Source: Pelagomonas calceolata
Lineage: Eukaryota
Length of the DNA stretch: 64,000 nt
NCBI GenBank assembly: GCA_918797485.1
Contig: CAKKNE010000006.1
Coordinates: 434,001-498,000 of the forward strand
Direction: 5' to 3'
Shown: piece by piece, positions 10,095-20,771 of the stretch
How positions within the stretch are numbered: the stretch's first letter is position 1
Layout: each line of letters begins with the position of its first letter
Position numbers and translations under genes: made by a program
Notes under the pieces: generated by a model
Told to the model about the DNA's origin: nothing
The model's input: the letters and a program-made list of their open reading frames with translations, nothing else
Database searches by the model: none

Positions 10095-11561
10095 ATGAAT
10101 ATGAGAGCCTGTGCTTGGTGCTTGCTCACCTGCCTGGCTGCCGCGGACACGGGGCGCCGGCTGGGCTTCGTGATGGACGACAGCAACATTCGCACGGCAG
10201 TCGATGCGTGGCTTTCGTGCCCAACGTGCGCAGAATATTCGTACGGCCACATTTCTACGTGGGACACGTCGGGGGTGACGGACATGTCGTATTTGTTTTG
10301 CGCCTGGTCAGGGTGTTCGATCTACAACGCGGCCGCGGCATCTTTCAACGAGGACATCGGCGCGTGGGACACCTCTGGCGTCACGACGATGCGCCATATG
10401 TTCCTCGACGCCTCGGCCTTCGACCAGGACATCGGTGGTTGGGCGGTTCACAGCGTCAAGGACATGCGGAACGTGTTCTACGGGGCCTCGTCGTTCGACC
10501 AGGACCTCGGCTGGTGCCTGGACGAGGACGTGGAACTTAGCAACGATTACCTGATAAACACGTTCCTCGGCACCCCCTGCGAGTCGACGTCGTGCGGCGT
10601 CGGCGTCATTGGCTATTCGAGATGCCCGGACCTCGACGGCGACGGCGTGGTAGACGCGGCACCCGAGGGCGAGTGCTGCATCTCCGCCTATGGCCAACCA
10701 TTCACCGACGCTTGCGGCACGACCCTGACGGAGGTCGAAACGTCCGGGTGCTGCCCCGACGATTTCCTCCTGCGGTACTCGCACGATATCTACGAAATGG
10801 GAATGGCGGACTTCACGCGTTGGGACTGTGTCTCCTTCGTCGACAAGGAGGCTTGCGATCTCAAGGGCCCTCCCTACACCTGGGGCTCGGGCTCGTGCTG
10901 GGGGAGTAGATACGAGCAGGCGGCGGCCACTTGCAAGACGTGTACCGAAGATAATGGCTTCGATGTGCGAGCCTGCCGCGGTCTGTTCTTGCAGGAGGCA
11001 AAAGGGAAGTGGAACGATTGGTACTACAACCCCGGGATGAATCCATACTGTCATGAACATTCGTGCTGCGCACAGGACCCGAACGACTGCTGCGAGTCGA
11101 ACCCGGCCGCCGTCGCCGGCGCCGTTATCGTCGGTCTTGCGGTCCTGGCCGGCCTCATTAAATTATACTACAAGCGCTGCCGCAAGGCCGCAATCGCCGA
11201 GCCGTCGACACCGCCGCCGAAGGCACAACCGGAAGCCGCGTCCCCCAAGGAAGAAGGGGCCACCGCCGTCGCCCCGGAAGCCGAGGAGAGCCCTCAGGAG
11301 ACCCTCACTGGGGAGGCGCCGCCGCCGGCGCCACCCGCGAAAAGCTGGTTCTGGCGCGGAGAGCCCGTACCTGAACCCGTGTGGGAGGCCGAGGAGACCC
11401 TCGCCGAGCAGCCGCCCGCGCCGCCCGCGCCCGAAGGTGAAGCTGAGTCGGCGCCCTTCGCACCGGAAACCGAGGAGCGACCGCCGCCGCCCGCGAAAGG
11501 CTGGTTCTCGCGCGCCGCGCCCGAACCCGAACCGGAATTCGAACCCGAGCCCGAAGCCTAG
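10095..11561 (+). CDS. type I membrane protein with DUF285/BspA-like repeats, Cys-rich ectodomain and Pro/Glu-rich tail
   Basis: Signal peptide; WDTSGVTDMSYLF, FNEDIGAWDTSGVTTMRHMF, FDQDIGGW repeats; TM AVAGAVIVGLAVLAGLI. Confidence 0.8.
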   Translation: MNMRACAWCLLTCLAAADTGRRLGFVMDDSNIRTAVDAWLSCPTCAEYSYGHISTWDTSGVTDMSYLFCAWSGCSIYNAAAASFNEDIGAWDTSGVTTMRHMFLDASAFDQDIGGWAVHSVKDMRNVFYGASSFDQDLGWCLDEDVELSNDYLINTFLGTPCESTSCGVGVIGYSRCPDLDGDGVVDAAPEGECCISAYGQPFTDACGTTLTEVETSGCCPDDFLLRYSHDIYEMGMADFTRWDCVSFVDKEACDLKGPPYTWGSGSCWGSRYEQAAATCKTCTEDNGFDVRACRGLFLQEAKGKWNDWYYNPGMNPYCHEHSCCAQDPNDCCESNPAAVAGAVIVGLAVLAGLIKLYYKRCRKAAIAEPSTPPPKAQPEAASPKEEGATAVAPEAEESPQETLTGEAPPPAPPAKSWFWRGEPVPEPVWEAEETLAEQPPAPPAPEGEAESAPFAPETEERPPPPAKGWFSRAAPEPEPEFEPEPEA

Positions 11562-11628
11562 CCGCATATCATTCGCATCCGCCCCCTCCCCGCGCGCGAG
11601 CCCCTCAGGCTAAGCTTAGATACTACTC

Positions 11629-12471
11629 TTACTTCCGCATCTTGTGCGACGCCTGGTTCGGCGCGCCGGCCATGAGCTTCGCCGCCAGCGCGGGGTCCGA
11701 CGCCGCGAGGTCGTCCATCAGGGCTTTCCCGACGACCCTCTCAGGATTGCCCTGCTTCTTGTTCACCAGAGCTTTGCCGTAGTTCGATTGGAGGAAGGTA
11801 GCTAATTGCGTCTTTTCCACCGCTCGCAGATAAGTGACAAAATCAATTTCCCCGCCACCCTTCCCCTCCTCCTTCATGTCGTCCCCAAAGAGCATCTTCA
11901 ACCGGTCCTCCATTTTGTGCCTCCCGTAGCGCGCGTACAGCAGCTCCATCGTCTCATCCACAGAAACCATGCCATCTTCATCCAAGTCGAAGATGAGGAA
12001 CATGACGACATTGAACAATTGCGACGGCTCCAGGCCCGTCGTATCTCGGATGTTCCGCTGGAACATGAGCCGCATCTCGTCCCAGCTCACACAGCCGTCG
12101 AGATCCTCGTCGACCTCCCAGATCATGGCCTCGGCGTCCTTCTTCTGGGCCTTGCGGCCCAGCGTCTTCAGGGCCTCGAGGAGGTCGACGCATGAGACGA
12201 GTCCGTCGCTCTTCTTCTCAATTTCCTGGAGGTCCTGCCGGAGCTTCTCGACGTCCGTCTCGAGCGACTGGATCTCCGACGCCACCAAAATATCGGCCTG
12301 CTCGTCGTCGGCGGACTGTCGCAGCTTTTCGAGTTGGTCCTGCTTCGGTCTCAGTAATTTGAGGACCTTTTTTTTGGCGCCGTAGTCGCACAACAAGCGA
12401 TGAACTCGTCGTAACTGGTTCTCCTCCTGGGGCGTGATCTCGGCGGCCTCGTTGCCCTCGTAGGTCGACAT
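11629..12471 (-). CDS. EF-hand calcium-binding protein with N-terminal coiled coil
   Basis: EF loops DEDLDGCVSWDE and DLDEDGMVSVDE. Confidence 0.85.
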   Translation of the reverse strand: MSTYEGNEAAEITPQEENQLRRVHRLLCDYGAKKKVLKLLRPKQDQLEKLRQSADDEQADILVASEIQSLETDVEKLRQDLQEIEKKSDGLVSCVDLLEALKTLGRKAQKKDAEAMIWEVDEDLDGCVSWDEMRLMFQRNIRDTTGLEPSQLFNVVMFLIFDLDEDGMVSVDETMELLYARYGRHKMEDRLKMLFGDDMKEEGKGGGEIDFVTYLRAVEKTQLATFLQSNYGKALVNKKQGNPERVVGKALMDDLAASDPALAAKLMAGAPNQASHKMRK

Positions 12472-12898
12472 CCTTGGGGGCTGGGTTGGGCGGGCGGCTC
12501 GCAGGGCTGCCCGGCGGCGCTTTTATGGTGCGTGCGGCCGGGCTCCGAGGCGTGGGGGCTCGAGGAGCTGCCCCGGCGCGTCGACGGCGTGTCGGTGCCG
12601 CTCTCCTGGCCGTGCCGACGGAGCTCCAAAGTCCGCGTTGCGCTCGGTTGTGAGGAGAGCCCGCACGTCCGCGGCTGACGCGTCGACGCGTGCGACTGCG
12701 TCCAAGGCTCCTCCACGCCTCGTTCCAAGAGGCCTGTGGAAGAGCACGAAAAACCCGCGGCCTGTCAAAAAGTCGCGCCGTTGTCGAGCTGCAGGCGCGC
12801 CGCGCGGCCCATTCACGGCGCGAGGCGCAGCCACAGCTCTGCCACAGGGTCCCGACAGCCCGGCGCTGCGACACCGGCGCGCGCGGCCGTAGGAAACG

Positions 12899-13549
12899 AT
12901 GCTCAGCATCCGCTTTAACCAGCGCCAGACCGACACCCATGTCACGCCGACGCTCGATCGCTTAGCGGGCAAGCACGGCCAGGAGAACGAGGACCCCGGT
13001 TTGATGTCTGATGGACTCGAGAGCGTCGGCTCTCCGACGACTCCCCCGGCCGCGGCCGTCCGCAGAGCTCAGGCCGCGTCGGCGACGAAGCGGCGCCTGT
13101 CGTTGGGATCGCCGTCGCCGCCGCGCCGACCTTTAGGTGACGCGACGAACGCGAAGCCTGTTGTCAAGCCGGCCCCCGAGGTCGCGCCGGAAGTGGAGCT
13201 GCCGCCAGTGGCCAAACAGCAGCCCGTCAAGGAGTGCCGCCGCCTCGGCCTCTTCAGTGTTGTTGCGCTCGTGGCCTTCCTGGCCTTCCCGCTCCTCGCC
13301 GTGCCGCCCGTGACGCACAAGGCCGTCGAGCTTCGGTCTACGCCGGAGCGCCAGGTCTCGCGGACGGTCGAGCGCCCGGCGCCGCCGTTACCGCCGCCGC
13401 AGCGCGCCCTGCCGCAGCCGGCGGTGATGAAGCGGGACCCGCTCGTCGCCAAGGCCGGGCGTGCGTTTATCAAAGCCCTGCTCGCGCCGCTGCGGCTCGT
13501 GGGCGCGGTGCTGCGGTGCCTCTTCGGCAAGGCGTGCCGCAAGAACTGA
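12899..13549 (+). CDS. hypothetical membrane protein with a D-box-like motif
   Basis: RPLGDATN (D-box-like), SP/TP sites, TM LGLFSVVALVAFLAFPLLAV. Confidence 0.55.
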   Translation: MLSIRFNQRQTDTHVTPTLDRLAGKHGQENEDPGLMSDGLESVGSPTTPPAAAVRRAQAASATKRRLSLGSPSPPRRPLGDATNAKPVVKPAPEVAPEVELPPVAKQQPVKECRRLGLFSVVALVAFLAFPLLAVPPVTHKAVELRSTPERQVSRTVERPAPPLPPPQRALPQPAVMKRDPLVAKAGRAFIKALLAPLRLVGAVLRCLFGKACRKN

Positions 13550-13974
13550 AGCATATCCTGACCTCCCGGCGGCGGCGCGCCAATCCTGTAGCTTAACTTA
13601 TATCACACTCGTAGCTTCGCGTCGCTGGCTCTAGTCGCTGGCCAGCTCGTCGCCGTCGTCCGCGCGTGTCGCTCAACAAGCCGCCGATGCGGCGCGTCGT
13701 CGTCGTGTCGCCGGGCAAGTCGTCGTTGGTGCTAGGACTAGTGGGCGGAGCATTCCGTTGCTCGCTGCGCGGACCCCCCCTCCTCGATTCGCAGGGCTGG
13801 AGCGCCACTCTGCCAGGTTATCCTGCCCTGCGCTGGGTCTCTCAGGCGCACAGATGGCGCACGAGGCGGCAACGGATACATCGTAGGATTGCCAGGCGTT
13901 TTTCCGTCGGGCAGCCCACAAGCCGTGCGGCGGGCAGCCCCTGAGGAGCAGCCAGTGCTGGGGCAGCAATACCA

Positions 13975-15913
13975 ATGCCGGTCAAGACCGGCCGCAAGCT
14001 GCCCCGCGCCCGCGTCGATGCGAAGGTGGCGCAGGCAGCGGTGCGCCTGGCCCGGCACGTGCCCGCCGCGCCTAGCACCGCGGGAAGCGCCAAGGTGCCG
14101 AGCACCCCATCCCAAGTCACCTTAAATCTTACGCAGACCCCGCCGGCGCGACCTAGCACCCCGCCGGCCAGCCCACTCAACGCCGAGGTCGCGGATTTGC
14201 TGGAACGGCTGGCCGCGGACGCGACGCCGAGGCGTAGAGAAGAGGTCGAGCGCCACGTCGAGCAGCTGACGACGGACCAGCCTGTTATTACTCACGAGCC
14301 GCGGCCGCCTCTGCCCCAGTCCCATCCTGATGTGGTCGCCTGGCGGAAACGACGGAGTGCGCGCACGCGGTTACTACAGAGGCAGGCGAAACTCACCAAA
14401 TCATATAGAGAGGAACTCCGGTTAGCAGCCACAGGTGGCGATAACAAGTGGGACTGCTGCGACTGTGCGAACCTGTGTGGAAATCAAATTCCGGACAACC
14501 TAACTCACCGGTTGATTTCCACATGCAGGCGAGAACAAGGACGGCTTCGTGCTGCCCTGCTGGGACGAGACGGACAACGGGGTCCCCGACGTCTGCATGA
14601 ACTCCACGACGTGCCCGTTCCACCCGGACAACGGCTGCACGAACGACAACTTCGTGTGCCACATCTTCGGCAACGTCGGCTTTCCCTACTTTGATAAAAG
14701 GAGAAAGTTGTGGATGGGCCTCGCGATGTGGTCGACGCTCTTCGCCATGTTCGTGACCGCCGTGGGAGCGCTATCTCTCAGTACGGATAAAGACATCGTG
14801 CGGAGCACGTACTGGGTGTATGTGGAGGCGACGAATTCCACTGAACGAACGAGATACTTCCTGGGGTTGCGGTCCATCGTTTACGTCCAAGGGAATGATG
14901 TTAAGTCAGAGCGATTAGATACTGATCTCATCGTAGGGACTTTGCCTGGCACGAAACGAACAGACCCCATGCGGCAAGCTCTGTTAAAGTCCTGCGCCGA
15001 CAGCGCCCAAGCGTCGGCCCTAGGCGCATTACTCAGTTGTGTCACTCTTATATTTGCATTAATTGGAACGATGAACCGCATGCGCTTTTCGAGCGATGCC
15101 AATGTCCAAAAAGCGTTAGGGCTCATAACGGACACCTGGGGCGCCTTCTGCTTGTGTTTTACGCTGTTCAATTTTTATTTTGACTGCTACGCGGACCTAC
15201 CTTCGTCGGTAGAAGACTTCCGCATACGAAAACGGTGGGGCCCGGCCTGGTACTGTTATCTATTTTGCGCCTTATCGGGCATCATCCGCGCCTGGGCGCA
15301 CTGGGTCACGCCGACGCCGGACCACGGCGTCGGCTGCTGCACGTTCCGACTGCCGCACGCGATCATGGCGTTGTTAGATGTTGACGGCGACGGGAAATTA
15401 ACGTGGGAGGACCAGAAGCTCTTGTTTGGGTCGCTGCGGACGGTCCTCGCCCAGCAGGCGTCCCAGAGGGTGGGAAGCTTCAGGAAGTCGCTGTCGTCGA
15501 AGTTCATCTCTCCACCTCCCAAGGATACTTGGAGCGGCGACTGGCAGGAGCGCGACCGCCGGAAGAAGCTTGAGGCTACGATAGCAAGGCAACGGGAGGT
15601 GTGTGCGGAAGCGGTCGAGGCGCGGGGGGACAGCCATGATCCGGAGGTCGACCCGGAGTTAGGTATTGTGGCGGCGCGCCAGGCGTGCGTGCCGACGTTT
15701 CTCGTGGGGCTGTCTCCCGACGCGCGCTACGACCCTAGAGTACTGGACGCGGAGAAGCGGAAACGTAAAGTCGAGGCGGACTGGAGTTTAGCATTGATGG
15801 CTCAACAAACCCCGGTGTCTCAGAACAAGGCGCGGTGGCTCAAGGCCAAGGCTAACTTAAGAAGAGTCGCCGCCGACGCGCGCGACGACGAGGAGGCTAA
15901 GAATCATGTGTGA
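13975..15913 (+). CDS. multi-pass membrane protein with Cys-rich region and an EF-hand; exons 13975-14464 and 14529-15913 (~624 aa)
   Basis: Splicing 14465-14528 joins KWDCCDC to ENKDGFVLPCW; about 4 TM helices; DVDGDGKLTWED. Confidence 0.7.
14465..14528 (+). mobile_element. introner intron (64 nt, phase 1)
   Basis: GTGCGAAC|CTGTGTGGAAATCAA...CCTAACTCACCGGTTGATTTCCACATGCAG|GCGAGAAC; TSD 6/8. Confidence 0.85.
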
Positions 15914-15939
15914 ACTACTAGCCTTACGCAAGGAACCCC

Positions 15940-17313
15940 CTAAAGCTGCTTGCCCCCCTTCATGATCTTGTAGAGCATGCCGTCCACCAGCCCGAGAACG
16001 GTAAACGTCCCCCCGACGATGGCGCAGACGCTCGTGACGAAGTCGTACCACCTCCTACCTTTCGAGGAGACGACGACGGCCATGGGCGACAGGTCGTAGG
16101 CGAATTTTGCTTCAGGCACGTCCATCTCCGAGTAGTGCATCACCTGCGACTGTACTAGAGTTTGGTAGCGGATGACGTCGCGCATCTTGCTCATCAAACC
16201 GCCGACCTGGAAATGCGTCGACACGACTTTAGAATAGTGGTGGTGCGCCTGGTGGAAGTCGGGCGAGATGAAGCGGCCGCCGTCCAACGGATAATTGGCC
16301 TGGAACTGGGCGTACTTGCTCAGCTTTCGCTCTGTGCTGGAAGCTAGCGGCGTGCCGAAGGACAGGTGGTTCACGACATGGGATAAGTTGGTCATCGCGG
16401 CGTTGAGGTTGTGATGTAAGCTCCTCGCCTCGATGTGGAAGTTGCCCGGGACTCTGTTGACCAACACATAGCCCGAGACCATGCAGCCGGGGTGTTCTTT
16501 GGTCTCGAGCATGCGCTGCTTCCTGCGGGGGTGCCAGTCCTCCATCGTCTTCTCGAGCTCGACCTTTTGTTTGAGGAAGGCCGTGAGCGCTTGGACCGTC
16601 CGGTCCTGGCGGTAATCCAAGCCGTATTGTTTTCCGTCCTTGAAGAATCTCAAAGTAGGAAACGCCTGGATCCGTTGCGCGCCACAGAGGTTCCGATTGG
16701 CAACACAGTCGACCTTCGCCACGTCGACCTCCAAATCCTCCGACGCATCCACTTCCTCGGCCATGGCCTCCCACGTCGGCTCGAGGCGCTGGCACCAGAT
16801 GCACCACGGCGCGTAAAAGTTTATAAAAGCGTAGGGATGCGACTGCACGTACTCCTCAAAACCGCCCTCGGTCAGGGGCACGGCGTGGATGCCGTTGGCC
16901 ATCATCTCTTCCACCGTTTCTGGATGATGTTCTTCATACGAGATCGCTTTTTGCTCCCGGTTTCTACCTTGAAAGATCATCCGCTTGCCGTGTTCGTCGA
17001 GCTGCCACTTCTCGACGTTCTTCGTGACGTTCATGGAGTTCGTGCCGAGCACATCTACCACATCGACCGCGGCATAATCGCACTGCAAATCGAGCATCGT
17101 CACGTTGAAATTTATTCTTAGTAACGTGTCACTGTTCGTATCTAACATCACTCCCGTTTCCACCGTGGTCGAGAGGAAGGCATAGAGCTCGACAATGAAC
17201 AAGACGCCCATGAAGATGCAGGCCGCAACAGATAACGCGGCTCCCGTGATCGTGGTTTCGGTGAGGTCCGCGGGGATCTTCCTAAAAAAATCCATCATCT
17301 TGAGACCGCTCAT
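15940..17313 (-). CDS. ERGIC/Erv41-Erv46 family protein with an internal thioredoxin domain (PDI-C type)
   Basis: DFFRKIPADLTE N-terminus, FYAPWCIWC, GCMVSGYVLVNRVPGNFH, C-terminal TM VCAIVGGTFTV. Confidence 0.9.
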   Translation of the reverse strand: MSGLKMMDFFRKIPADLTETTITGAALSVAACIFMGVLFIVELYAFLSTTVETGVMLDTNSDTLLRINFNVTMLDLQCDYAAVDVVDVLGTNSMNVTKNVEKWQLDEHGKRMIFQGRNREQKAISYEEHHPETVEEMMANGIHAVPLTEGGFEEYVQSHPYAFINFYAPWCIWCQRLEPTWEAMAEEVDASEDLEVDVAKVDCVANRNLCGAQRIQAFPTLRFFKDGKQYGLDYRQDRTVQALTAFLKQKVELEKTMEDWHPRRKQRMLETKEHPGCMVSGYVLVNRVPGNFHIEARSLHHNLNAAMTNLSHVVNHLSFGTPLASSTERKLSKYAQFQANYPLDGGRFISPDFHQAHHHYSKVVSTHFQVGGLMSKMRDVIRYQTLVQSQVMHYSEMDVPEAKFAYDLSPMAVVVSSKGRRWYDFVTSVCAIVGGTFTVLGLVDGMLYKIMKGGKQL

Positions 17314-17573
17314 GGTGCTGAGCTTCGCCGCCGCGGCGCGTCGACGGCGTCAAGCGGTGCCGTGTCCCGCGTTCGCCGCCGCAGCTTTGGGCAGCGAAAT
17401 CGCTGGGGCACAGGTGTCTAGCTACCCGCGAACCGCGGACGCCCAGCGATCAAGGCAGGGCACGAGACGGGTTGCGAGAGAGTCTCGAAGCTGCCGCTCG
17501 CTGCAAAACCCCAGCAGCGACGTCGTGCGCGTGCTGGATTAATTTTTGCAGGGCTACGACGCGGGTTTTGGTC

Positions 17574-17595
17574 GCTAGTGCGTTGTTGCGCTAGC
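17574..17595 (-). promoter_or_regulatory. CTAG-palindrome upstream motif (divergent spacer)
   Basis: GCTAGTG-CGTTGTTG-CGCTAGC about 260 bp upstream of 17313(-). Confidence 0.5.
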
Positions 17596-17667
17596 TCATC
17601 TCCTCGGAACTCGCTCTGTCCGCAAGCGCGGCCAGTCCTAGAGCAGTTCAGAAAATATACCAGAGCC

Positions 17668-18993
17668 TTAAGGTACAGGAGGCCTCGGCGCAGGAGCCGG
17701 CGCCGGCGCAGACCCAGGCGGCGGCCGAGGTAATTCCGCAGAGGGAACCCGAAACACGCGCACCGTGCGGTCGTCGCCGGCCGTCACGATCGCATCCTGC
17801 GCCCACGCCGTAGCTAAACAAAGCGGCGCGTCACTATGGCCCCGCAATTGTAACAACGAACTACCGTCGCGCGCATCCCACGCATGAATGCACCCGTCCG
17901 CGCTACAGGCCACCACTACTAATGAGCTAGGCCGCCACGCCATGGCCACGACCGCGCCGCCCGCGCCCAAGGAGCACCGCAGGCGCGCGCTTCCCGAGAT
18001 GTCCCAGACCTTGATGGTGCCGTCGGCTCCACCGGTCGAACACCAGCCGGACTCCGCGAAGGCCACGCTCACGACGGCCGCGCCGGCTTCCTCGTCCTCG
18101 TCATACGTCGGCGCGTGCTCCAGTCTACATATTAATTTTTTGGAGGAGCAATGGACGAGAGCCGCGCAGCCGTCCTCCGCACCTCCCAAGACTAAGTCAG
18201 GGTCCGACGGGTGGAAGGCGATGCACGACACGGCGCCCTGGGTCATGACGACGGCGTCCGTGGACGCACCTTTGTGCGGTAGGAACGCGTGGGCACATTG
18301 GCCCTTGCGAGGGTTCCAAACTCTCAAAGATCCATCCGCCGAACCCGAAACTATTTTTTTGCCATCACACGTAAAGCCCCCACACAAGACCGCCCCGTCG
18401 TGGCCCGCGAAGACGCGCATGCAGGCCCCGGACGTCGCGAGCCACATCCATAAAGTGCCGTCACAAGCCCCACAAAGTACGACGTCGCCCTTCGGGTGCC
18501 ACGCGAGCCACTCGACGTCGCCGGGGCCCTCCAGCGTCCGTAGGAGCCGTCCCGACGCCGCGTCCCATAGTTTGACAGAACCGTCGTAAGCCCCGGTCGC
18601 ACACATCGAATCTTGGTGACTAAACCCGCAGGCCGTCACGGAGTCATTATGACCTTCCAGGCATATGGCTCCTCGCGAGCCCATGGGCGCGGGCTGGAGC
18701 CACGCCCGGTCGTCGCCGCCACCGCTCAAGATGGCGCCTGCCTTGGATACTGCGACACAATACACGGCGTCCTCGTGCTTGTCGAATTTGAGGGCTGCGT
18801 CGTCTTCATGCGTGGGTAGTTCTTCTTCATCCGACTCGGCCAGCCCGCCATCATCTTCGACTTCCACGAGCATTTCTCCGTCCTCGTCTTTGAAGCCTTC
18901 GTCGACGTCCATGTCCTCCATCTCGCGTCGCAATTCCTGAATCTGCTGGCGCGCCGGCGACGGCTCGGGCACCGTGGGCGCCTCGGCGTCCAT
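17668..18993 (-). CDS. AAMP: WD40 protein, AAMP/Sqt1 ribosome-assembly family
   Basis: Acidic N-terminus; SGGGDDRAW, LEGPGDVEWLAWHPKGDVVL, MRVFAGH motifs. Confidence 0.75.
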   Translation of the reverse strand: MDAEAPTVPEPSPARQQIQELRREMEDMDVDEGFKDEDGEMLVEVEDDGGLAESDEEELPTHEDDAALKFDKHEDAVYCVAVSKAGAILSGGGDDRAWLQPAPMGSRGAICLEGHNDSVTACGFSHQDSMCATGAYDGSVKLWDAASGRLLRTLEGPGDVEWLAWHPKGDVVLCGACDGTLWMWLATSGACMRVFAGHDGAVLCGGFTCDGKKIVSGSADGSLRVWNPRKGQCAHAFLPHKGASTDAVVMTQGAVSCIAFHPSDPDLVLGGAEDGCAALVHCSSKKLICRLEHAPTYDEDEEAGAAVVSVAFAESGWCSTGGADGTIKVWDISGSARLRCSLGAGGAVVAMAWRPSSLVVVACSADGCIHAWDARDGSSLLQLRGHSDAPLCLATAWAQDAIVTAGDDRTVRVFRVPSAELPRPPPGSAPAPAPAPRPPVP

Positions 18994-19173
18994 GGTGTTG
19001 CTGTCGAGTGCTGCAGAGAGTGCTGCTCTCCCGCAGCAGGTGTGACCTACGCTTGCGGATAATCAGCCAGTGATGGATGAGCAGCGTTCACAGTGCAGAA
19101 GCGAACGAATGCCGGCGCCAGCGTGTGTGCTGGCTCACCATCGCCCGCGGCAGCGCCTAGCTTTGCCAGGCTT

Positions 19174-19197
19174 GCTAGTGCCTTACTGGCCGCTAGC
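19174..19197 (-). promoter_or_regulatory. CTAG-palindrome upstream motif
   Basis: GCTAGTG-CCTTACTGGC-CGCTAGC between divergent starts 18993 and 19454. Confidence 0.7.
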
Positions 19198-19453
19198 TCA
19201 GCCGTCCCGGAGCCGTCCAGGGAAACCTCCGCCGGGCGCCCACAACGGTGCCGGCGCCCGCCGGCCGCACTTCATCTCTATTACAACACTGAGAGACACA
19301 GTGATTGTAAAAACTCGCGACGCTGTTCAGCGCGCGCGACATACCTACCGCGGTTAATCCAGCGCAAGCGCAGGAGCCCCTCGCGCAGCCCACGCACCAC
19401 CGCCGCGGCCAGGCGCCGCCGCCGGAGCCGAGGGGCTGCCCCGGACACGAACC

Positions 19454-20751
19454 ATGGACCCCGCTGCCCACCCGCCCCAAGCGGCCGCCCCGCCGCCGCA
19501 CGCCGCCGCCCCGTCGCTGCACGCGGCCCTGCCGCCGCCGCCGCCGCAAGCCCCCCGACCCGTCGGCACGCGGCCGCCGGCCGCCCCGCCGGCCGTTCCG
19601 CCACCACAAGCTCTTGATACGCGGGACGAGCGGCTCCGGCAGCTCGACAGCCTGCGCCGCGCCAAGGCGGCCGCTCAGCCGAGACCCGCCGTATTATCAC
19701 CGGCCACGGCCGCGGGAGCGCTCGCGGCATTAACGAGTCAAGCTAGACAACACACGACGAGACAAGACGAGACGAGACGGAGGGATGACGAGCGCATCGA
19801 TGTGGACGACTCCCCGAACCCGACCGACGTGAAGAAGGCCCTGACCTTCAAAGGGGCGACTGTGGCCTGGGCAATACTCAAAAGACATAAAATCATCGAG
19901 AGCAGGCCGGTGCGCTTACCGACCGGAGGGTGGATCGCCGCGCACGTGGGCAAGGGAGCCTTCAAGGGTGATTACTCGGCTCGAATCCCGAACTGCCCGT
20001 CGGAAGAGTCGTTGCTCCAAAGGTACATGGGTTGCATTGTGGGCCTGTTCAAAATAAAAGATTGTAGAAGACCGAACAACTGTGGGGGGAGTGTCTGGGC
20101 GGAAGGGCCCGTCTGCAACGTGGTGGAAGCGGTCATCGAGCTCCCGGAGCCGGTCCCGGTCACGAAGGGCAAATTACATGTGTGGCTCATGGACGAGGGG
20201 ACACGACTTAGGGTTGCGGGGCAGTTGGCTTCTCTACCAATACAGTATACGGATCTATCTTCATTACCACCGTTCGAGCCGATCGTCGGGCCCATCACGC
20301 CGGGCCGGAATCGGAGCTACAATCGGACGGACGACATTCCTTCATCGACGCGACCGCCCTCCTGGGTCGACGAGACCGCGCCTTTGCCCGTGCACAACGA
20401 CTACGGCGCGCGCTACGGCGGCTACCATACGGAGGGTTATTACGCCGGTGGTTTGGGTGGCTACGCGCAGCAGTACGCGGCCGCGCACCCTTTGGCTCCG
20501 GCCGCCGCGCACTACTACGTGCGGTTCTGTGTCTCGTCGATGGCGTGGTCTGACATTTGATTTCCGCGCAGGCGCCGCCGCCGGGCTATAGCCCTTATCC
20601 GCCGCCGCAGCACCACGGCTACGCGAGCCCGGGCCAGATCGGTTATCGGCCGCGGCCAGCGCCGCGGCGCCACTCGCCGCCGCCTCGAGAGATCTGCGAG
20701 GGAGCGCTGGCCTGGTACGACGGCCTGCAGCGCCGGCCCCCTGGCGGTTAA
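19454..20751 (+). CDS. ASCH-domain protein with Pro-rich termini; exons 19454-20518 and 20572-20751 (~414 aa)
   Basis: KALTFKGATVAWAILKRHKIIESRPVRLPTGGWIAAHVG...MGCIVG...WAEGP resembles ASCH; splicing joins HYY to APPPGYS. Confidence 0.65.
20519..20571 (+). mobile_element. degenerate introner intron (53 nt, phase 0)
   Basis: GTGCGGTT|CTGTGT...CGATGGCGTGG..CTGACATTTGATTTCCGCGCAG; the TIR remnant begins exactly 8 nt after the donor. Confidence 0.75.
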
Positions 20752-20771
20752 GTTTTATAACATTACAGACA

